From assembly GCA_951406725.2 (NCBI GenBank), contig OX597817.1:22816001-22880000 (forward strand): 64,000 bases of DNA, read 5' to 3'. Both the position numbers and the translations under genes were made by a program. The notes beneath the pieces were generated by a model. The model was not told the origin of the DNA and did not search any database. It saw nothing but the letters and a program-made list of their open reading frames with translations. Source of the stretch: Octopus vulgaris. Lineage: Eukaryota. Shown here one piece after another: positions 54,513-64,000 of the stretch (position 1 is its first letter; the number at the start of each line of letters is the position of its first letter).

Positions 54513-54662
54513 GTTTCTTTATTACCCTCAAGGGGCTAAACACAGAGGGGACAACAAGGACAGACAAAGGGATTACGTCGATTACATCAACCCCAGTGCG
54601 AAACTGGTACTTTATTTATCGACCCCGAAAGGATGAAAGGCAAAGTCAATCTCGGCGGAATT
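54513..54662 (-). mobile_element. SINE family B, 3' part
   Basis: Homology to 3888-4040. Confidence 0.85.
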
Positions 54663-54825
54663 GTTGTGGAAGATTCTTGATGTGAAATCGTGGGTTGAAA
54701 CAGATGTTGTTGTAGTTAGGAATGGTCATTTTGCGAGTTTAGCCAATAAAATCACACGCACTATATATTTGGTGTTAATTTGCTTCAGCGTTATTTATTT
54801 TTTACATTAATCTTAATCTTATTTC

Positions 54826-54870
54826 GGCCAGAGTTGTTTCGGCACACTTTTGTGACCTCATCAGTGGTCC
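54826..54870 (-). ncRNA. Minimal hammerhead-like motif
   Basis: cca-CTGATGA-ggtcac aaaa gtgtgcc-GAAA-caac-TC-tgg; stem III mismatched. Confidence 0.55.
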
Positions 54871-55752
54871 TTTGCTTTCTTCTTTCTGATTTGTGTGTCT
54901 CTCCTTACTAACTGTCAGACAAAATGGCTGCCGGTGATTAGCTCCAAGAGGCCTAGAAATAACGATATTTCTATTTTTGAAAACCAGTGGATATATTCCA
55001 CTGAATTTAGGTAAATAATCCTTCGAACAGTCGGTCAGCAGCGACGCCTACTGTGTTCGGCTACTCCACATTGATAAGAGGCAACCACCTTGAAACTAGA
55101 CTGTGGATGCCAGACTAGCATGGTGAAGCTGCTGACCTCTCCTGTTCGAAGGTTAGAATGGACACAGTTTTGTGTGCTACATAGCTAGCTAGATGCAATG
55201 GCCTCTTGGAGCTAATCAACGGCAGAATTCGTCCTATTTTTCTGGACTGCCATGTTCGCTTGGCAGATAACTATTAATATACAGTATATACAGTACCTTT
55301 AGAGAGAATTAGAAATAATGATATTTCTATGATAAATATATAGATATAATTTGTTTGGAATTCGCTTTTAACGTGATATACTTAATTCTTTTAGTTTCAG
55401 ATATTACAAGTTTATACTCTTGTTCTCAAACTCCAAATTTGATGGGTAATTTAAGTAGTTTAGCATTAATTGAATTAACCGGTTTACGACTAGATTTTTA
55501 TAAATAGCAGAAAGAGAATGTTTTGACACTCATTGAATTCTCATGGAACTAGCTTACTGCAATTAAATGTTTATTGTATATAACTAATGTTTGGATTAGT
55601 TGCGAACAATTCGAGGTATTTTAAAATCTTTTAAGCGTCAACCGATAAGTTTCATTCGTACATACCATTAACTATATTCTGTTTACTCTTGATAAATATT
55701 GCAACAAATTAATAAACATTCGTTAATTCCAATTTTACAATGTAATAATATT

Positions 55753-55815
<63 letters not shown>

Positions 55816-57514
55816 TTCTCTCTTCCTCTCTCTCTCTCTCTCTCTTCCGCTGTTTAGTAGAATATAACAAGAGTAAAAGATACATTCATACACATACACA
55901 CATATAAACGCTCAAATTTATATGTTCGTATGTATATACATATATAAGGAATCTCTGTTTACGCTATCTATACGTATATATGTACAAACACATCTATCTA
56001 TCAATTTCTCTAATTATATGTAGATATGTGTGTGTGTATACTCACTTTCCTACAAAATACTGTTAGCAATTCTGTTCATTAATCAAAATAAATTACCGGC
56101 AATGTATCAAAAACGATTCGAAGCATTGAAAAACCGAACCCACACTGAATCTGTAGGGAGTTATAGAAATTAGTAACACACAAAAGTAACACCAACACTC
56201 TCAGAAAACTTGGCAGTAATTTTAAAAATAAAGAAAACCTGTCTGACGTAGATGTAATTAATTAATTACGTAGATGATGAAATGATTCCTTGAGGTGTAA
56301 ATCAGTTCATGTTTAATCGTTAAGTATTTCTCGCTTGAGTAAACTTAGTGTCAGCTTACTTACTAAACTACAATTTACTAAGTCACAGCTTTCTCACTGA
56401 GGCATGCAATTTGTAATGTAATGTTCTCAGTTATTAGTTAACAGAAATAGAAATCATTTATTGTTTCTTTGGGTAACTGAATGGTGGCGCCATTGGCGTA
56501 ATTGTAGTAACATCTGTTGTTATTCCACCATTCAACTTCATTTTCTCCGAGCTAAGAACTACTTAACAAACACATCCAGAAGGCTATATACACAAGTTAA
56601 TCGTTAAAGCGACTCATTAAAGTTTCTCAGACATACGCAGAATATTTACATGCACGTGGGTATCTGTGTATGTCGTGCATGCGTACATGCATATATATAT
56701 ACATATATATACGTAAATCTTACATACTTGCATACATACACACGGACATACATACATACATACATGCATACACATACATACATACATACATACATACATA
56801 CATACATACATACATACATACATACATACATACATAAATTCAGTCATGTATTTTCACAGAGACATTTCGCAGAGACATTATCTAAATACTGCAATGAATT
56901 TTAACCCAATTATTTAAAGAGTTTACCAATCAACTCTTTGATGTATCATAGAAGGATATATAATCAATTTATAAATCAGGAATGATTGGTATAAACATAT
57001 TTCCTTGCTATATTATTTCTAGTATGAAAATTATATTTCAAAACTGCAGAGATCAATTTTCCTAAATAACAAGTGTCTAATTACACACTAATGAAGACAT
57101 GTCGTTGATATTGAGCATAAAAAGTGGAAAAGAATTAAAAATTGAAATAATTAAAAATTGAAAAGAATACATTCTTCCAAAAGAACATTGGGACTTTTTC
57201 AAGTTACATGACCTTGCCTTAGAAAGTATGAAAACAGAAAACAGAGGCAGTTAACAGCATTGGAAACATATACATATCGTGATTGTCCACTCCAGTTACA
57301 AGTAGAAAAATTGTTCTTTTTCAGAACAGTTAGTAAAAATATTTAATCTGTGCGATGGATCGGCTTCAAAAGAGGTTCTATAGAATACAAGATAAGCATT
57401 AGTTTTCTGAAACAGATCTCATAAAGCAACATCATCCATTTATATTCATAAATATTAAGGAAGTTAATTTTTACCAAATGCATGTATATATAAGTGTGTG
57501 TGTTGTGTGTGTGT

Positions 57515-57558
<44 letters not shown>

Positions 57559-57989
57559 TATAGCGACATTCAGCAATACATGAGTGAATGGTTACTGGGA
57601 AGATAAAAATATTTGCCTCTAACAAGCTAAGCGTTACATTGTTTTGAGAGCTTCAAACACTCTGAGACACAAGCACATACACATATATACATACATGTGC
57701 ATATATGTATATGCAGGTGTGTGTGTATACATATATATGTGTGTGTGTATGAATATATGTATGCACACAAAAGCATACATGCGTGGGCGTGCACATACAC
57801 ATGCATCTATATATATGTAAGCATATGCGCAAATACATATATGATTTCTATCCTAATGTCCACAATTTGTAATTATAAAACACAAGAAATATATTTCTCC
57901 TTGATGCACAAAAGGCAGAATAAAATTCTTATAACGTTTGTATGTCAGGATGTGTGTATCCTTAACTATTTCTATACAACTATATCTAC

Positions 57990-58079
<90 letters not shown>

Positions 58080-58191
58080 TTTAACTGTTTTAGTTTCAGT
58101 CTGAAGACTGCAGCCATACATATGTGTGTGTATGTATATGTGCGTGTGTGTGCGTGCGTGTGTATGCATGTGTGTGTGTGTTATTTTATTA

Positions 58192-58396
58192 TTTTATTCT
58201 CTTGTTTCCACTATTCGACTGTCACTATGCTAGAACACCGTCTTGAAGGGTTTTTATCGAACAAATCGACCCCAGGACTGACTCGCTTGAAGCTTAGTTC
58301 TTATTCTATCAGTCTCTTGTGCTGAATCGCTCAGTTACTTGGAAGTAAACAAACCAACACTAGCTGTCGAGCGATGATAGAGACAATACAAACACA

Positions 58397-58434
<38 letters not shown>

Positions 58435-58592
58435 TGTATATACAACAGGCTTCTTTCAGTTTTCGTCTTCCCAATCAATTCACAAGGCTTTGGTCGACCC
58501 GAAGCTATAATAGAAGAGATTTGCCCAAGGTGCTACGCAAAAGAAATCAACCCAGTACCAAGGGGTAGGCAAGCAAGCTTCTTACCACACAC
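58192..58592 (-). mobile_element. SINE family A, old copy
   Basis: Diverged full-length homology. Confidence 0.8.
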
Positions 58593-58757
58593 ACACGATC
58601 GTAACAAGTTCTAAATGTTGAGTGAAAATTTTAATTGAAGATGTTTTTAGATTTGCAACAATATTTGAATATGCTAAAATAATATTAATAGGCTAAACTA
58701 TAAATAATGCGAAATGTCGGAAGCTGAATTTTATGTTAGAAATAAGATTCCAATATA

Positions 58758-59322
58758 TTGGGTCGTCCTGAAAGTTCGTGTCGATTTTTAAAGGAAAGAA
58801 AAAGGTCAATAAATACTTGTCATTACACTTTTAATCAACCTAATATGAACCATCTTGTTGCACAATGCCTCTCCATCTTTTTTTAACTTGAAAATACCCT
58901 CTTCCCAGAATTGAGGTGGTTTCATGGCAAAGAATTCATCAAGGTATCTTTTTACCTCATCCAAGGAATTGAAATTTTTACCATTAAGACTATTCTGCAG
59001 AGATCTGAATAAGTGGAAATCCGAAGAGCAATATCTGGTGAATATGGAGGGTCGGGGTAACACATCCCGGCCGAGCTGCAGCATTTTTTGTCTGGTTCCC
59101 AAAGCATCAAGTGCCGAATATGAACTTTCTTATCTTCCATTTTAAAGGGTTACAGAATTAACGCAGATTATAGGAATATAAAGCTTCTTCCACGAAAAGA
59201 TAGCTTAAACTGTGCTCTAAATGGAGGTGTAGTCAAATCCTATTTTATGGACTCAACCATGTTCTAAAATAATTCGAAATGTAAGCTACTATAAATCGGC
59301 ACGAACTTTCCGGACAACCCAA
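58758..59322 (-). mobile_element. Internally deleted mariner (565 bp)
   Basis: TIRs ttgggtcgtcctgaaagttcgtgtcgattt / aaatcggcacgaactttccggacaacccaa with TA flanks. N-terminus MEDKKVHIRHLMLWE is joined to the C-terminus (PPYSPDIA, DFHLFRSLQNSL, GIFKL). Confidence 0.92.
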
Positions 59323-59663
59323 TAGTTACAGAATTTTAAATAATACATCTATTGACAGCTTGACTCTAAGAGCTAGTTGTAATTGAATATATTAAACATG
59401 TAATTTCATACTTTAGGCGATGAATTACATCAGTTAGAATGTATTGTTGCATTTATTCTGTTGCTTTGCACGATGAGTATAAATAGTGTGATCCCAATTT
59501 TAATTTTCATATTGTTTGGAGGGTGGGTCGATAGATAAAATTATAAGTAGAAAGTGGCGCCTTTACTGAATTTATATAGCTTCGGATTTGACGATTTGTG
59601 ATATCTATTAAGGTGTTTGCGTTCTGAAGGAAATATCTGCAACAATGATTATACTAACACATA

Positions 59664-59730
59664 GCGGTGCCCCAGCATGGCGACAGCTCGTGAGCTGAAA
59701 CTAGATAAAATGAAATAAAAAAATAAAATA
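59664..59730 (+). mobile_element. Tail-only copy of the CR1-group LINE
   Basis: gcggtgccccagcatggcgacagctcgtgagctgaaactagataaaa matches 51459-51506. Confidence 0.8.
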
Positions 59731-60284
59731 ACAATATTGCGTTTCTCTTAGATACCATTGAGGCGGCAGGACGTGATGTCTTGCATGCGTTAGTAAAAAC
59801 TAGTCTTCAGAAAAGAAAGATTAAAGTAAATAAATTTGCCTTGGCCATGCCTTGGAGACGAACGTTTCCAATACTATCATCAGACTGTCTTATATAAAGA
59901 AGAAAGTCATTTACATTTACATTGCTTTCATTAATAATCGTTTATGCCTCCTTTGTGTGTTAGCTATTATTTCAAATTGTAAATTGTTGCATTGTTTTCT
60001 GTATGAATAATGTGGGAAGCTAACACATTTGCTAATGTCGGAAGAAATGCCTATTCCGGTTCTTTACATTCTGACTTCAAATCTTGTCGGAGTAAGCTTT
60101 GTTATTGATCACCCTGGGGCCAATAACTCAAGTGCATTTCAAACATTAAGAGTCGATGGCATCGAACAACTTGTAAAATTATTGGCATTGTGCCTAAATT
60201 AGAAATAATTCTCTTATGTATACATAAGAACTTGTATGCATAAATACACATACTCACATATGTATACATACGTACATTCATATG

Positions 60285-60287
<3 letters not shown>

Positions 60288-60347
<60 letters not shown>

Positions 60348-60352
60348 GTGTG
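60288..60352. repeat. (GT)n microsatellite
   Basis: Direct reading. Confidence 0.95.
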
Positions 60353-61993
60353 TATGTGTAAACGTGTAGATGAGCATTTGTAAATGCCTGAGTATTATAA
60401 AATAAGGTTGTGGCTTTGTGTGAATATATGTGTTTAGTAAGTAAATAACATGGTGCACATTTAGATTAGTATTCATGGAAACACTTATGGGATAATACCA
60501 CACGGAATTAATATGATTAGTAACTAAACGTCCCAAAATATCAGGGTCTACACACCTCAGTCAATTTGTGTACTGGACAAGCTTTTCAATGTCGCCACTC
60601 ATTAAACCATAGAAGCAGACATATCTCATTAGCAGCTTTTAAAGTGGTCAACACATTTGCTCACGGAAGGCCAGTTAGTTGTAGATAATTCGCAGTTACA
60701 TTTATTTAAAATTCTCTATTCAAATTACCCCATTAAATTTAGCAAACATACAATATTGCAGTCATAGAGTATTAAACATAGCATGTTTAACATTTCCTAT
60801 AAAATGGCAACTTGGCACCATGTCATATATTTGAGCGGGGGTGTATAATCAAATCTAGAGAGTAAAACACAAAGCTTGTGTTTATCGATTTCAGACGAAT
60901 AAATGGCAAAGTCAACACTGGCGACATTAGAATGCAGGAAATAGGAGAACGAAATTAAATAATGCAAGGTGTTTAGTCGATCACTCTACCATTTCTTTCA
61001 GTTTATCACTCCAGCCATAGATTAAATAATGTATTTACATCACACGGCTAGAAAATATATTTTCATTAAATGACCCGATGTCTTCTTATATAGACATATA
61101 GCATGAATATAACTTGCACACTAAAATTAAGATTTCGGAGTTACCGTGATTATTCTTTCTACTCATGCACAAAAACTAGAAAATCCGATGAAAGAAACGC
61201 TGCATGTCATAAATAGCAACCGAATAACCGTCACTACTGCCCATAAAAGGGGAAGTCATTGTATAATATACTTCTACATACTTCTTACCTACAATAACTA
61301 GATGGTCATAAACAGAAGCACTATTAATCATTCAGGGATAACCTCGTGCTAAAAGCAACAGCAGGACACAAACATATACGAAATATATTATCAAATGGAG
61401 AAAACAAACCTATTACTAAGATATATCATAATTACTCAAATATATCATAATTACAGTGACTCACTAAATTATATATCACAATCTGTCAACCCACGAATTA
61501 ATACATTTTAATAGTATCATTCTGCGTTCCACTGAATAAACCCAGACAGCATGTTATATTGGTAGTGTAAAGTTTTAAGCAGATGTTTCATTAAGTACAG
61601 GCCATTTTCACTTTTTGTCTTTGACATAGTATGCTGCTTCGAAGAAATATATTTAGTATGTAATTGACTCCTACATATTACAATCATGCGTGGTCGCAAT
61701 GTACTACGACAATGTGTTTATATCCGACGTCAGTAAGTTTAGTCGTGCAAAAGGATAATCAATGTTATGTTGTTTGTACTAACATATAAAACGTTTTGAG
61801 TTTAGGAGGTATTATATATTATAGTTCTGTTGTTGCACCGTTTCTTTCCTTCCTGTTAAATGAGGATCAGGCTTTTAAATATTCATCCTTGTATTTGAAA
61901 GGCACCGTTTATGATGACTGGTGTAATCTCAATATTTAAAAATAATATTTGCATTCCAGCAATCCCTGATATGTTAATGCTGCTATATCTAAA

Positions 61994-62409
61994 GGCGGCG
62001 AGCTAGCAGAAACGTTAGCACGCCGGGCAAAATGCGTAGCCGTATTTCGTCTGTCGTTACGTTCCGAGTTCAAATTCCGTCGAGGTCGACTTTGCCTTTC
62101 ATCCTCTCGGGGTCGATAAATAAAGTATCAGTTACGCACTGGGGTCGATGTAATCGATTTAATCCGTTTGTCTGTCTTTGTTTGTCCCCTCTATGTTTAG
62201 CCCCATGTGGGTAGTAAAGAAATAGGTATTTCGTCTGCTGTACGTTCTGAGTTCAAATTCCGCCGAGGTCGATTTGCCTTTCATCCTTTCGGGGTCGATA
62301 AATTAAGTACCAATTGCATACAGTGGTCGATGTAATCGACTTAATCCGTTTGTTTGTCCTTGTTTGTCCCCTCTGTGTTTAGCCCCTTGTGGGTAGTAAA
62401 GAAATAGGT
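61994..62409 (+). mobile_element. SINE family B followed by a tandem 5'-truncated copy (period about 184 bp)
   Basis: gtatttcgtctg at 62042 and 62226; both units end in gggtagtaaagaaataggta. Confidence 0.9.
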
Positions 62410-63012
62410 ACGAAACCTAACTTTGATATACTTCTCGATATATACCTTTTATCTATCTCATTTTTCTTTCTATTGTAGGTGCAGGTGCTGGTGTTCTTTT
62501 GTGTTGTTTTATATTAGTGATTAGGCTGAGGATTTAATTTAATAATTAATAATTGTTAACGTAATTTGTTTCATTCAATGTTCGCCGTTCACTTTTGCCT
62601 TGTTAACTGAAAACGCTTTCCTGTTTTATTATCCGAAAGCTAACATGTTCTAGCTATAAAAAGACAGGAATGTATAAACCTCTCAGTTTATAGCTCTAAG
62701 CAGATTCATAAGGACCTAAGTGACATGCATATACGTTGGTCTCTTGCTTTTTTCAGTCACTGGACTTTAGCCATCCTGGAATAACGCCTTCATATCTTTT
62801 AGTGCGTGAAACTGACCTTTGAATTTCGTCAAGTATTTATATATCCATTGTGTTCGGATTTAAATGGAAACTCACGTTGACGGGGACGCGTGGAACTTAA
62901 CTAAATGCACCGACGCCATTTTGTTTCTGCCATACAGGTAGGTATACACAAACACACACGTACACTCTTATGTGTTTTAATAAATGTTTATCCACATTTT
63001 TATGCAGATGTC

Positions 63013-63226
63013 TTTACTCTTTACTCTTTTACTCTTTTACTCTTTTACTTGTTTCAGTCATTTGACTGCGGCCATGCTGGAGCACCGCCTTTAGTCGAGC
63101 AAATCGACCCCGGGACTTATTCTTTGTAAGCCCAGTACTTATTCTATCGGTCTCTTTTGCCGAACCGCTAAGTGACGGGGACGTAAACACACCAGCATCG
63201 GTTGTCAAGCAATGCTAGGGGGACAA

Positions 63227-63257
<31 letters not shown>

Positions 63258-63374
63258 TACACATATATATATATATACATATATACGACAGGCTCCTTTC
63301 AGTTTCCGTCTACCAAATCCACTCACAAGGCATTGGTCGGCCCGGGGCTATAGCAGAAGACACTTGCCCAAGAT
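63013..63374 (-). mobile_element. SINE family A lacking the tRNA head
   Basis: Homology stops at gcccaagatg; (tactcttt)n tail. Confidence 0.9.
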
Positions 63375-64000
63375 GTTGCAAAATTTGCAACATATTTAAA
63401 AGCAGTGCATTCTGTAGGATAAATCTACATAGCATTTACACTGACGTGAACTCTCTTTTGTAAATATACTCATGTTACAATCCATTTTACATTCACATTT
63501 CAGACGGTCGAAGAACAAAATATACGCAGGTATTGATTGCTATCTCAGTGTTTGCATACGTTTCCAAAATATTTCATAACATACCAGTATACTTTTGAAA
63601 TATTTTATAACCTGTTTACGCTTTTCAGTATCCTGCATATTTTATTTTAGTATAATGTTGGTTTGAATCAAGAAATGTAAAAACTGTTATTTATATATAT
63701 TTCAATAGAAATATTTAAATATTTATATATCCTATCAACTCATATAGTTATATATTGAAATGTCTTGTGGTTTCAAGCATTTCACACCATGCATTATATA
63801 AGTATGATTTAACGAAATGTGAGAAATGGAACAAGTTTTTTTTCATAAAAAGGAAAAAGGAAACGAATTATTAGTGAAGGGAGCATCAAATAACAATTTA
63901 AAAACATGTTTCTTAGGATGATTATCATAGCAGGTACACTAGATACTAAAATCAATGCACGCAAACATCTTAAAAGCACGTTACACAAGATTATGGATAC

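Overview
AT-rich, microsatellite-saturated eukaryotic DNA. The SINE families and dense (TA)n/(CA)n/(TACA)n/(TATC)n tracts look like an octopus (cephalopod) genome; this is inferred from recalled repeat families. No host protein-coding gene, rRNA, true tRNA or CRISPR array can be supported, and most track ORFs are microsatellite or SINE translations. The window holds at least four tRNA-derived SINE families (about 20 copies), RTE and CR1-like LINE remnants, two mariners, a DD37D maT transposon, a Merlin (IS1595-like) transposon and a non-autonomous Helitron. The main signal is a set of (TA)n-anchored Penelope-like elements (Hydra-type GIY-YIG motifs) and ORF-less relatives carrying minimal type I hammerhead ribozyme motifs. 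These include a near-perfect 2.56 kb palindrome, two unrelated retrozyme-like tandem families (about 298 bp and 358 bp units), and a GIY-YIG endonuclease whose two half-motifs are separated in frame by about 400 low-complexity residues. All ribozyme calls are manual motif and base-pairing readings, not tested activity.
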